The translations under genes were made by a program, and so were the position numbers. Below the pieces are notes generated by a model. It ran no database searches, was not told the origin of the DNA, and worked only from the letters and a program-made list of their open reading frames with translations. Below are positions 8,717 through 18,096 of a DNA stretch of 31,230 bases, one piece after another (the first letter of the stretch is position 1; each line of letters starts with the position of its first letter). Location: the sequence record SRR20825019_361. One strand, 5' to 3'.

Positions 8717-8999
8717 TGGGTGTTGCGGCTAAATAGGCAAAGAAGGAAGCGATAGAAAAGAAAATAAAGGCAATCGTGTAGAGAATGTGGTAAAGAATTC
8801 TGAGTACGAGGAAGCGCGAGTTTTTCCACTTCACTAAGAAAAGATCGAATTTTGAAGGTGGTCGAAAACGCTTTTTTTCTCTTTCTTCTTCTCTCTTATT
8901 TTCAATGATAATAGGAGAAATAATCGTTCCACATTGGGAACATTGATCCTCATCTCCGTTCCAAGCGCCGCATTCAATGCATTTTCTTTTGATCCCCAT
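8709..8999 (-). CDS. Small zinc-ribbon membrane protein
   Basis: CIECG...CSQCG at the N-terminus, charged linker, C-terminal TM helix; TATTTTTG -7 element on minus strand at 9016-9023. Confidence 0.7.
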   Translation of the reverse strand: MGIKRKCIECGAWNGDEDQCSQCGTIISPIIIENKREEEREKKRFRPPSKFDLFLVKWKNSRFLVLRILYHILYTIAFIFFSIASFFAYLAATPNG

Positions 9000-9055
9000 A
9001 TTAAAATGAATTGCTCAAAAATAAGAAATCTATGAAAATGAATTCGTGAGCCTTT

Positions 9056-10585
9056 TCAACTTGCGGGAAGTTTATTCTGAAAAATGCCGTAGAAAAAAGC
9101 GAAGAATGTAACGCCCGTTTGGGTCTCTAATGTATCCTCAGTGAGAAATGAGCTCATTGCTATGACCATAAAAAGCAACGCAAGAATTTCCCGTTGTCGG
9201 AAGTTTGTTCCTAAGAAGTTGAAAAGCAGTGAAATGAATAGTATAACGCCAATCACACCAAAGGTGATCCAAACCGTCAGATACATATTGTGAGCGCGTT
9301 TCCTGTTTTCGGGAAGTAAAACGGAATGATGTGTTTCGTAGCTTTTATCGAATTGATCTTGCACATCACCAGCTCCTACACCAAGTAGGGCATTGTTCTT
9401 TGCTATGGACATTCCTGTCTTCCAAAACTCTACCCGTTGGAGGAGAGAGTGACCATTCGCATTTGTGCTGTTGTTTAATTCAAAACGAACTCCGTGAAGT
9501 CGTGCCATTAAACCGTTGTGATTCACACTTGGACGTCCTTGCTCAATATTTTTGATGTCTTTATCGTTGAGTGCGAGTACCCCGCTGGCATCTCTGAGAA
9601 GTCGCTTGGAGGAAAGATACCGAATGAGTGTATGTTTCAGTTTGTTTCCTTTAACATCAACGCTTTCGTAGGGAACAGATGAACGTTTATTCCATTCTTC
9701 TTCGAGTTCCTTTTCACTTAAATTGAGCAAGATAGGCTCGCCAGTTTCTGATGAGATAAATCCAGTGTGATGTGAATATGGATTTCCTTGTGCGGTATAT
9801 TTTGGAAGTTCACTCAGTTTATAGTTTGAGGATTTTAGCGGGGTGAAGAGCCAAAAAAGTACGATTCCTGCACATACAAGGCAAATAGACGCAAACGTAA
9901 ATGCGAGTATTTTATATCTGAACCAGAGTACGTAAAATACCGTTACAAAAAGAATCGCAATCAAAGAGATCACACCCGCGATTACCTGGCTGTAAATCGT
10001 ATAATAAATGAACCAAGAAATGAGAAGAGCTAAATAAATAGTAAATCGACGGTGTTCTTTGATAAAATAAACACAAATCGAGATCGACATGACGATGAGC
10101 AAAGCATAACGAATGTGCGAAGAAAAGCGCGACATTCCACGGATGTCGTCGTAGGCGATTGAGCCAATCCACTGTTGATACAATACGAAGTTAATGAGCG
10201 AGGTAATCAAGACCGTTCCTACTAGTATTGATAGGATTAAATGGACGGATTTTTTGTCGCCAATTGGTTTTGAAACAAGAATCAATGGAATTATGAGCAG
10301 TGGGAGCTTGGCTTTGAGATCATGAACTGCGTAATCGAGATTTTCTGACCACAGAAATGAGACCGCATGTAGAATAAAAAACGCAAAAATAAGTTGAAAA
10401 AGACGGTTCTGATTTATGTTTTGCCAATATGAATTGAAATTTCCTTCCAGAAGCAGGTTCAGCACGAGGAACATCATTGAAATCGACATCATCACCTTAC
10501 TCCATGGTAAACCGCAAGCGATGCCGGACAAACCTAAAACATGAAGATACCAGTGCGTTTTTAACCCGAAGACGCGATTCAACAT
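9056..10585 (-). CDS. O-antigen ligase (WaaL/Wzy_C) family membrane protein
   Basis: Multi-TM with a large periplasmic loop; R..FW...., LLGVGAG and AHNMYL motifs. Confidence 0.8.
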   Translation of the reverse strand: MLNRVFGLKTHWYLHVLGLSGIACGLPWSKVMMSISMMFLVLNLLLEGNFNSYWQNINQNRLFQLIFAFFILHAVSFLWSENLDYAVHDLKAKLPLLIIPLILVSKPIGDKKSVHLILSILVGTVLITSLINFVLYQQWIGSIAYDDIRGMSRFSSHIRYALLIVMSISICVYFIKEHRRFTIYLALLISWFIYYTIYSQVIAGVISLIAILFVTVFYVLWFRYKILAFTFASICLVCAGIVLFWLFTPLKSSNYKLSELPKYTAQGNPYSHHTGFISSETGEPILLNLSEKELEEEWNKRSSVPYESVDVKGNKLKHTLIRYLSSKRLLRDASGVLALNDKDIKNIEQGRPSVNHNGLMARLHGVRFELNNSTNANGHSLLQRVEFWKTGMSIAKNNALLGVGAGDVQDQFDKSYETHHSVLLPENRKRAHNMYLTVWITFGVIGVILFISLLFNFLGTNFRQREILALLFMVIAMSSFLTEDTLETQTGVTFFAFFYGIFQNKLPAS

Positions 10586-10617
10586 ATAAGTAGAAGTAAT
10601 TGTTTTATATGGAACGA

Positions 10618-12267
10618 TTAATTCTTCAAAATAGTATTGTAGCGACTTTTATTTTGGAGGATTTCTAACGATTCGCTCACAAACTTATCATCTCGGAAAG
10701 AATGCTCTGCACGCCCACGTTGGAAATAGTAGCGAGAAACGATTTCATTTTCAAGGAGTTCTTTGATCTCGACTTTGAATTTCTCCAAATCACGTTCTTT
10801 CGATGGTGTTACTTTAGCCATGAGCGCTTCGTATTCTGACGTTGCGTCACCATAGAATCCTTCTTCTTCGGCAGTTTCCTTCATGCGTTTGAGCATTTCT
10901 TCGGAAGCCGTAGAGTAAGTGAACTCTTGCGCAAGAACGTATTTCTTGAATTCTTCGTACTCAGCGTCTGTTATTGAGAAGTCTTTTGCTGCGCCAACGG
11001 TTGGGTGAGCATAATAATACTCGGTCGCGTAATCAAACAGGAAGTTGTTTCCGTAGATCGTTGCAGTGAGTCGGCTCAATTCGTTTAAATCGATCTCTAC
11101 GTCTGGTTCAATTCCTCTTCCGTCAATTACGTCTCTTCCGTTTTTTGTTTTGAAAATGGTAATCAATGAGTCGGCGATTTCCACCGGTTTTGAGTTTCCT
11201 TCTTTGTCGTAATACTCCAATCGCTGAACACATCGTCCTGAAGGCGTATAGTATTTCGCGATCGTTAATTTCATTTTAGATCCGTAATCTAGGTCGTAGG
11301 TACGTTGAACTAATCCTTTTCCGAAAGATGTTGTTCCAACAATCACCGCACGGTCTAAATCTTGCAAACTTCCTGAAACAATTTCACTTGCGGAGGCAGA
11401 GTTTTCATTGACCAAAACGATTACTGGAATGTTCAAGTCTAAAGGTTCGTCTTGGGTCATGTACGTTCTATTTTCTTCTTCGACTCTTCCTCGCGTGCTA
11501 ACAACAAGTTGACCTCGTGGAACGAACATGTTAACGATTTTTACGGCTTCGATGAGTAATCCACCACCATTTCCACGTAAATCGAGAATCAACGATTCCA
11601 TTCCTTGACTTTTTAGCTCATTGAAAGCAGTTCGAACGTCCGAAGATGCAGTTCGCGTAAATCCGTTTAGTTTAATGTATCCAACATTGTTTCCGATGAT
11701 TCCAGAATACGGAACGTCCAATAATTTAATTTCGTCGCGAATAATTTTTACGGATTTCTTGTCACCATTTTTTCGTTCAACATCTACAATAACTTCCGTT
11801 CCTTTTGGTCCTTTCAGAGCAGAAGAAACTTCGTCACTTGCTTTATCCTTCATCGGTTTTCCATCAATGGAAATGATTTTGTCTCCGGCCAATAATCCTT
11901 CTTTTTGAGCTGGATTTCCTTCATAAGGTTCAGCAATATATACGTATTCGCCACTTTTTCGAATCAAAGCGCCAATTCCGCCATATTGTCCAGTGGTCAT
12001 TAAACGATAATCCTCAATATTCGATTCGTGATAATAAACCGTGTAAGGATCAAGTTCTTTGAGCATTGCATCAATGGCCGTTTTGGATAAATTTCCAGGC
12101 TTGATGTCGTCGACGTAGTATTTTTCAAGATGCTCATAAATTTGATCCATCAATTCAATACTTCTGATGACCTCAAATCCGTTAGACTGACCTGTTCCAA
12201 AAAATGGAAGCAAGGCAAATGCGATTAAAAAGCGGGCGGTTGAAACGAGTTTAAATTTCGGATTCAT
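10618..12267 (-). CDS. S41 family carboxy-terminal processing protease (Prc/CtpA) with PDZ domain
   Basis: LDPYT, GGIGA, DLRGNGGG, SASASEIV, SFGKGLVQ, YYTPSGR motifs. Confidence 0.95.
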   Translation of the reverse strand: MNPKFKLVSTARFLIAFALLPFFGTGQSNGFEVIRSIELMDQIYEHLEKYYVDDIKPGNLSKTAIDAMLKELDPYTVYYHESNIEDYRLMTTGQYGGIGALIRKSGEYVYIAEPYEGNPAQKEGLLAGDKIISIDGKPMKDKASDEVSSALKGPKGTEVIVDVERKNGDKKSVKIIRDEIKLLDVPYSGIIGNNVGYIKLNGFTRTASSDVRTAFNELKSQGMESLILDLRGNGGGLLIEAVKIVNMFVPRGQLVVSTRGRVEEENRTYMTQDEPLDLNIPVIVLVNENSASASEIVSGSLQDLDRAVIVGTTSFGKGLVQRTYDLDYGSKMKLTIAKYYTPSGRCVQRLEYYDKEGNSKPVEIADSLITIFKTKNGRDVIDGRGIEPDVEIDLNELSRLTATIYGNNFLFDYATEYYYAHPTVGAAKDFSITDAEYEEFKKYVLAQEFTYSTASEEMLKRMKETAEEEGFYGDATSEYEALMAKVTPSKERDLEKFKVEIKELLENEIVSRYYFQRGRAEHSFRDDKFVSESLEILQNKSRYNTILKN

Positions 12268-12650
12268 AATGTTTTCAGTTGTTGTACGATTGTTTGGAAC
12301 AATTTTTCCGTTTTTCTGTTCAGTGTCTTGAGATCAATTTCCTCACGAGAGGTGAATATCAAAAATAATGCAATTTGTCGATTGTTCTCAACGAGGTAAT
12401 CCTCTAGAACATGTTTATTGAAGCGAATGGCTTCCTTTGCAACGCGTTTTATGCGATTGCGTTGAACAGCGAGTTTGAAAGAACGTTTTGGGGCAGAGAT
12501 AACGATTTGAAAAGGGGTATTCTCTTTAAACTCTACCAATTTGTATTTGACAACAAACGGATATTGTTTTACATGAACGCCTTTTGAATAGACTTCATCT
12601 ATGAGAACCTGACTGCAAAGTTTGTAGCGCTTGCCAAAACGAAAATCCAT
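12264..12650 (-). CDS. rnpA: Ribonuclease P protein component
   Basis: K..FKLAVQRNRIKR (RNR motif); 4-bp overlap with the S41 gene. Confidence 0.92.
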   Translation of the reverse strand: MDFRFGKRYKLCSQVLIDEVYSKGVHVKQYPFVVKYKLVEFKENTPFQIVISAPKRSFKLAVQRNRIKRVAKEAIRFNKHVLEDYLVENNRQIALFLIFTSREEIDLKTLNRKTEKLFQTIVQQLKTL

Positions 12651-12656
12651 CAGCTA

Positions 12657-13094
12657 TTAATCGTTACGATCTTTTTTCTCCTTTTCTTTTTCTAGACGAG
12701 GCAAATTGATCGTTTCTTGAACAATAAAACTTGTTGGAAAAATATCTTCAATTTCTGCTTTTACTTTTTCTGCTTCCATACGCGTTCTGAAATCACCAAC
12801 TCGTAAAAAGAAATTGGGTGCGTTAAACGTAGTATAAGTATCTATTGTTGGATACAGGGAGAAAAATCTAGACCTAGCTTCGTTCAGAGCATCGCGCTCC
12901 GAATCAAAGAATAATTGAATGCGATAACCTTCTATCTGTGGGTTGAGCGCTGGAGGAACGATTGCTCCTTCTCTTGCAACCAAAGCATCAATGCGGTTGT
13001 CTTTTTCTATGACAACTTTACCCTTGGTCTGTTGACCAAAAAGGAGGCTTGCTGATAAAATGCAAACAAACGAAAGAATATGTTTTATCATCAT
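12657..13094 (-). CDS. SPOR-domain (peptidoglycan-binding) protein
   Basis: Signal peptide, GYRIQL...RVGDFRTRMEAE...SFIV; -7 element TAATTTTG on minus strand at 13112-13119. Confidence 0.85.
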   Translation of the reverse strand: MMIKHILSFVCILSASLLFGQQTKGKVVIEKDNRIDALVAREGAIVPPALNPQIEGYRIQLFFDSERDALNEARSRFFSLYPTIDTYTTFNAPNFFLRVGDFRTRMEAEKVKAEIEDIFPTSFIVQETINLPRLEKEKEKKDRND

Positions 13095-13224
13095 AATAAT
13101 TATTAGCTGAACAAAATTACGAAATACTTTGAATCAATCTTCATGCCTAATTACTATTGACTGGCAATGAGGGAGAAAAATGGTCAATGTGCGACCCCAA
13201 GATCAAGAGATGTTAAAAAATGTT

Positions 13225-13243
13225 ATTTAGAATGGTTTTAAAT
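13225..13243. promoter_or_regulatory. Candidate Flavobacteriia-type Fur box
   Basis: ATTTAGAATGGTTTTAAAT, 16/19 identical to the palindrome ATTTAGAATTATTCTAAAT recalled as the Riemerella/Flavobacteriia Fur box. Confidence 0.55.
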
Positions 13244-13264
13244 TAGCTTCTCCACTTGCCGAAA

Positions 13265-13282
13265 TTGTCATAAGACTGTCAT
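13265..13282 (+). promoter_or_regulatory. 11-bp-period direct repeat (pho-box/OmpR-family-like) at the act promoter
   Basis: TTGTCAT-AAGA-CTGTCAT, ending 18 bp upstream of the -7 element. Confidence 0.45.
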
Positions 13283-13300
13283 GGTATCTCACAATTCTGC

Positions 13301-13308
13301 TAAATTTG
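13301..13308 (+). promoter_or_regulatory. -7 promoter element of the act-cox operon
   Basis: TAAATTTG matches TAnnTTTG. Confidence 0.65.
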
Positions 13309-13355
13309 TTCCCGTCAAAACGTGTGTTTTTGATAAAAGACGAACAGTTTTTTAC

Positions 13356-14714
13356 ATGAAAATATCTAGTAGTCAGATGTTTAGAAATCTAAGTAAATGG
13401 TCTCTCAGAGCGCTCACAGCAGCGGTTTTTGTTGGGGCTTTTTCGGTAAGCGCCCAGACTCCTGATGATCAGGCAGCTATAGACGGCGGAAAATTATTCA
13501 GCGCAAAATGTGCTACATGTCACCAACCGTTTAAAGACGGGACAGGTCCAAAACTCTATGGAGCGAGAGCGAAATGGGATGCGGAAGGTGCTAAGGAGGG
13601 GTCAATTTACCTGTGGGTAAATAATTGGCAGGCTGCAGTTGCGGCAGATCCTTATGCAGCGAGCGTTGCAAAGTTGAAGCCTACGGCAATGAATCCTTTC
13701 CCTGAATTGTCAAAACCAGAAATTACAGCAATTTTTGATTGGGTTGATAGCCAAGTTGAAGATAATGGACCTGTAAAAGGTCCAGAGGATGTTGGTGGTT
13801 CAACAGAAGAAGATTCTGGTCTTGGATGGATTTGGATTATCCTCGGTGTGGTTTTCGCAGTGATCATTTTAGCAGTAAGTGGCGTTCGTCGTCAATTGCA
13901 AGCTGCAACAGGTGAGTCTGGAGAAGAACAAGAGAAGTTGTCTTACGGTGAATCTTTCCGTAAGTGGGCTTGGGGTAATTTCCGTTATGCCTTGATTGGT
14001 GGAGCGGTGATTGCAATCTCGTTAATCGTGATTCTTTTCCAAAACCTTTACAATATTGGAGTTGTGGAAGATTATCAACCATCTCAACCAATAGATTTCC
14101 CTCACGAAACGCATGCTGGAATCAACGGAATCGATTGTAAGTATTGCCATAATTCTGTTACGAAGTCAAAAACTGCTGGCTTGCCAACTGTGAATGTTTG
14201 TATGAACTGTCACAAGCAAGTTGAAGGGAATGATGATGAGCAGAAAGCTAAGATTGCAAAGATTTACGATGCCGCTGGATGGGATCCTGAGAAGGATGTT
14301 TACACTGGTAAAACGAAACCAATCGTCTGGAATAAAGTGCATGTTCTTCCAGATCACGTTTACTTCAATCACTCTCAGCACGTTGTTGTAGGTGGAGTTG
14401 ACTGTAAGCAATGTCACGGAGATATGACGAAAATGAAAGAAACTGCGAAAGTTCAGCCAGTTGCTGCATTGAATGCTATTGAAGGAAATATCAAGTTAAC
14501 TAGACCAACACTTACGATGGGATGGTGTATCGAGTGTCACGGAGAGAAAGAAATCTCAACTGGAAACATTGATACAAAAGGCGGAGGTTATTATGCCGAA
14601 ATTCATAAGCGTTTGTTGAATAACGACCGTAAGCTTTATGAAAGTTACCTCGAAGACGGGAAAGTTACCGTGAAAGAATTAGGTGGTTGGGAGTGCGCTA
14701 AGTGTCACTATTAA
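13356..14714 (+). CDS. actA: Alternative complex III subunit A (monoheme plus pentaheme cytochrome c)
   Basis: Six CxxCH motifs (CATCH; CKYCH, CMNCH, CKQCH, CIECH, CAKCH) with two TM helices between the domains; start placed at ATG 13356, downstream of the promoter. Confidence 0.93.
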   Translation: MKISSSQMFRNLSKWSLRALTAAVFVGAFSVSAQTPDDQAAIDGGKLFSAKCATCHQPFKDGTGPKLYGARAKWDAEGAKEGSIYLWVNNWQAAVAADPYAASVAKLKPTAMNPFPELSKPEITAIFDWVDSQVEDNGPVKGPEDVGGSTEEDSGLGWIWIILGVVFAVIILAVSGVRRQLQAATGESGEEQEKLSYGESFRKWAWGNFRYALIGGAVIAISLIVILFQNLYNIGVVEDYQPSQPIDFPHETHAGINGIDCKYCHNSVTKSKTAGLPTVNVCMNCHKQVEGNDDEQKAKIAKIYDAAGWDPEKDVYTGKTKPIVWNKVHVLPDHVYFNHSQHVVVGGVDCKQCHGDMTKMKETAKVQPVAALNAIEGNIKLTRPTLTMGWCIECHGEKEISTGNIDTKGGGYYAEIHKRLLNNDRKLYESYLEDGKVTVKELGGWECAKCHY

Positions 14715-14745
14715 TTATTGAACGTAGAAGAAGTCTATATATACT

Positions 14746-17700
14746 ATGGGAATGAATAGAAAATATTGGAAAGGAATTGATGAACTTGTGGAGACGCAAC
14801 AGTTCGTCGAGTCTAAAAATCAAGAATTTCCGTCACAAACTACGGTTGAAGAGTTTTTGAGTGATGAAAACTTAAAAGAATCATCAACTGGTCGTCGTGA
14901 TTTCCTTAAATTTTTAGGATTCAGCGTTGCAGCGGCAACCGTTGCGGCATGTGAGGCTCCTGTTACTAAGGCAATTCCTTACGTTAACAAACCTGAAAAC
15001 GTAACTCCGGGTATGCCAACTTGGTATGCTTCGACATATTACGATGGGAATTCTTACGCTAGTATCTTAGTGAAAACGCGTGAAGGTCGTCCTATCTACA
15101 TCAAAGGAAATAAAGATTTTGGAATCACAAACGGTGCATCGAATGCGCAGATTATTGCTTCTATTTTAGGATTGTATGATAGCTCACGCTTGACAGGTCC
15201 GAAAATGAAGAATGGATCTGGTACGTGGGACGATGTTCTTCCTTCAAAAGCAGATGATGCTGTTGAAAAGGCGTTGAAGTCTTCAAAAAAGATTGCAGTT
15301 GTTTCGAATACAGTGATTAGTCCTTCTTTAGGTGAAGCGATTAAAGATTTGTCTGAGTCAAAAGGTGGAGTGCGTGATTTTACAACTGGAGTTGTAACAA
15401 ATGACAATTTCCAACACATTCAATATGACGCTGTTTCTTATGCAGGAATGCGCGCAGCGAACTTGGAGACATTTGGTTTAGCATCAGTAGGAAATCCAAA
15501 AGTGGGAATCATTCCTAGCTATGATTTCTCAAAAGCAAAAACAATCGTTTCTGTAAGTGCTGATTTCTTGGGTTCTTGGTTAATGGGAACACAGTTTAGC
15601 GCTCAGTATGCTATGGGTCGTAACCCAGAAGGAAAATGGATGTCGAAACACTTCCAGTTTGAATCTTTAATGTCGATGACAGGTTCAAATGCTGATGAGC
15701 GTGGGATGATCAAACCTTCAGAGCAAGCAAATGTATTGGCTGCGATCCTTAAAGGATTAGGTAAGTCAACTTCTGGAGTTTCTACAACTCTTTCAAAAGA
15801 AAATCAAACGATTGTGGACAGTGCGGTTAAAGCATTGAAAGCGTCGAAAGGAGAATCTTTGGTAGTGTGTGGTTCAAACAACAAAGCACTTCAGATTCTT
15901 ACAAATAAGATTAACGATGCACTTGGTGCATATAAGCATACGATTAACGTCAACAATCCATTGAACGTCTTCATGTCTGATGATGAAGGGATGGATAAGT
16001 TGGTGAAGGAAATGGGTTCAGGAAAAGGTCCAGATACTGTGATCTTCTTGGGGACAAATCCTGCTTACACTTTGCCAAATGCAGATGAATTCACAAAAGC
16101 ATTAGCGAAGGTTAAAAACAAAATTTCACTTTCTTCTCATGCAGATGAGACAGCAAGTTTATGTGATGTGATCGTTCCTGATCACCATGCATTAGAAAGT
16201 TGGATGGATTACCAACCAACACTTACGCATTATGCGTTGGCTCAGCCAACAATTCGCCCGTTAGGAAATACAGCTTCTTCAATTGAATCTTTCTTAGTGT
16301 GGTCTGGTAAAGCATCACGTGGAGGAAAAGATTCTAAAGTAGCATACGATTACATCAAGAATATTTGGTTGCAATGGGGATTCCCGAATCAAACTGAATA
16401 CACTGATGCGGATTTGTATTGGAACATGATGGTGCACAATAGCTGCGGACCTGATGATCTAGCTGCAGCGACTGCTCCAACATTTACAGATGCTAAGGTT
16501 ACAAACCTTCCAAAAGCTGGAGGAACAGAAGTTGTTCTTTATCAGAAAGTGGGAATGGGAATTGGAACACAAGCAAATAACCCTTGGTTGCAAGAGCTTC
16601 CAGATCCAATGACGAAAGTAACGTGGGATAACTACATTACGATGAATCCAGTGGAAATGGACAAGGAATACGCAACAACGTATGACCAAGAGCATGGATT
16701 GGATTTAGCTACACTAAAAATTGGAAACAAAGAAGTGACGCTTCCTGTTTATCCGCTTCCTGGACAAGCACTAGGAACTGTTGGTGTAGCGTTAGGTTAC
16801 GGTCGAGGAGGAACACCTGAAACGATTGGTAGAGCAGCCTTCCACACGAAAGAATACGGTGGAAACCAAACAGACGAAAGTGGAAAAGCAACAGCTGTAG
16901 GAGCAAATGCGTTTACATTCGTTGGAATGGAAAACGGAACATTGTCTTACGATGTTTCTAATGCATCCGTTACTAAAAAAGGAGAAAAATACTTAATCGC
17001 TGCAACGCAAATTCACCACACGGTGATGGCACGTCAGTCGATTGTACGTGAGACAACACTTGATATTTTCAAAGGGAAATCAAGAGATGCTTACAATCCA
17101 AAATGGGAGTTATCAAAACTGACTAAGGACGGTAAACATGAAAAAGCTGACTTAGATGAATTCGATTTGTGGGAAGCACATCCTGTTGAGAACATCGGTC
17201 ACCGTTGGGGAATGACAGTTGATCTTTCTTCATGTATCGGGTGTGGATCATGTTTGATCGCTTGTCAATCTGAAAACAACGTTCCTGTTGTTGGAAAGGA
17301 TGAAGTAAGAAGAGGACGTGAAATGCACTGGTTGAGAATTGACCGTTATTTTGCATCTACTGAAGAAGCAGCAATCGGAACACGCGCAGACAAAGATACG
17401 TTCAAGTCTAATTACGCGAAAGCAGAAAAGGCGGCAGAAAACCCTAAAGTGGTTCACATGCCAATGATGTGTCACCACTGTAATCACGCACCATGTGAGA
17501 CGGTTTGTCCAGTTGCGGCAACAACACACTCAAATGAAGGATTGAACCAAATGACGTATAACAGATGTATCGGTACACGTTACTGTGCAAACAACTGTCC
17601 TTACAAAGTGCGTCGCTTTAACTGGTTCAATTACCCATCATACAAGAAATTCACAGAAATCAACCCTGCACAGGATGATTTAGGAAGAATGGTTCTTAAC

Positions 17701-18075
17701 CCAGACGTTACAGTACGTACTCGTGGGGTTATGGAAAAATGTTCTTTCTGTGTTCAAAGAATTCAAGCAGGCAAGTTAGAAGCTAAGCAAGACGGTCGCC
17801 CAGTTCAAGATGGTGACTATGTTACAGCGTGTGCCGATGCTTGTCCAACGAACGCGATCACAGTAGGAGATTGGAACGACGTTAATTCACTAGTTCGTAA
17901 GAGCGCAGATAGTGATCGTTCATATCAAGCACTAGAGGAAGTGGGAGTTAAGCCAAACGTTTGGTTTAAAGTAAAAGTGAGAAACGAAGAGAACGATCTA
18001 CTTGATATGTTACAAGTTGAGAAGCCTAAGGAGCCTCACGCAGAAGTAGGACACGGAGAAAGCAATCATCATTAA
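14746..18075 (+). CDS. actB: Alternative complex III subunit B (molybdopterin-oxidoreductase-like plus Fe-S domain)
   Basis: Tat motif RRDFLK, lipobox VAAC, Fe-S motifs CIGCGSCLIAC, CHHCNHAPCETVCP, CIGTRYCANNCP, CSFC...CADACP. Confidence 0.95.
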   Translation: MGMNRKYWKGIDELVETQQFVESKNQEFPSQTTVEEFLSDENLKESSTGRRDFLKFLGFSVAAATVAACEAPVTKAIPYVNKPENVTPGMPTWYASTYYDGNSYASILVKTREGRPIYIKGNKDFGITNGASNAQIIASILGLYDSSRLTGPKMKNGSGTWDDVLPSKADDAVEKALKSSKKIAVVSNTVISPSLGEAIKDLSESKGGVRDFTTGVVTNDNFQHIQYDAVSYAGMRAANLETFGLASVGNPKVGIIPSYDFSKAKTIVSVSADFLGSWLMGTQFSAQYAMGRNPEGKWMSKHFQFESLMSMTGSNADERGMIKPSEQANVLAAILKGLGKSTSGVSTTLSKENQTIVDSAVKALKASKGESLVVCGSNNKALQILTNKINDALGAYKHTINVNNPLNVFMSDDEGMDKLVKEMGSGKGPDTVIFLGTNPAYTLPNADEFTKALAKVKNKISLSSHADETASLCDVIVPDHHALESWMDYQPTLTHYALAQPTIRPLGNTASSIESFLVWSGKASRGGKDSKVAYDYIKNIWLQWGFPNQTEYTDADLYWNMMVHNSCGPDDLAAATAPTFTDAKVTNLPKAGGTEVVLYQKVGMGIGTQANNPWLQELPDPMTKVTWDNYITMNPVEMDKEYATTYDQEHGLDLATLKIGNKEVTLPVYPLPGQALGTVGVALGYGRGGTPETIGRAAFHTKEYGGNQTDESGKATAVGANAFTFVGMENGTLSYDVSNASVTKKGEKYLIAATQIHHTVMARQSIVRETTLDIFKGKSRDAYNPKWELSKLTKDGKHEKADLDEFDLWEAHPVENIGHRWGMTVDLSSCIGCGSCLIACQSENNVPVVGKDEVRRGREMHWLRIDRYFASTEEAAIGTRADKDTFKSNYAKAEKAAENPKVVHMPMMCHHCNHAPCETVCPVAATTHSNEGLNQMTYNRCIGTRYCANNCPYKVRRFNWFNYPSYKKFTEINPAQDDLGRMVLNPDVTVRTRGVMEKCSFCVQRIQAGKLEAKQDGRPVQDGDYVTACADACPTNAITVGDWNDVNSLVRKSADSDRSYQALEEVGVKPNVWFKVKVRNEENDLLDMLQVEKPKEPHAEVGHGESNHH

Positions 18076-18096
18076 TAGAAATAAAACCCTATTGTA

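Noticed and set aside
13281-13355. 25-aa N-terminal extension of ActA in the ORF track
   Set aside because: It overlaps the predicted promoter elements; ATG 13356 or 13377 is more plausible.
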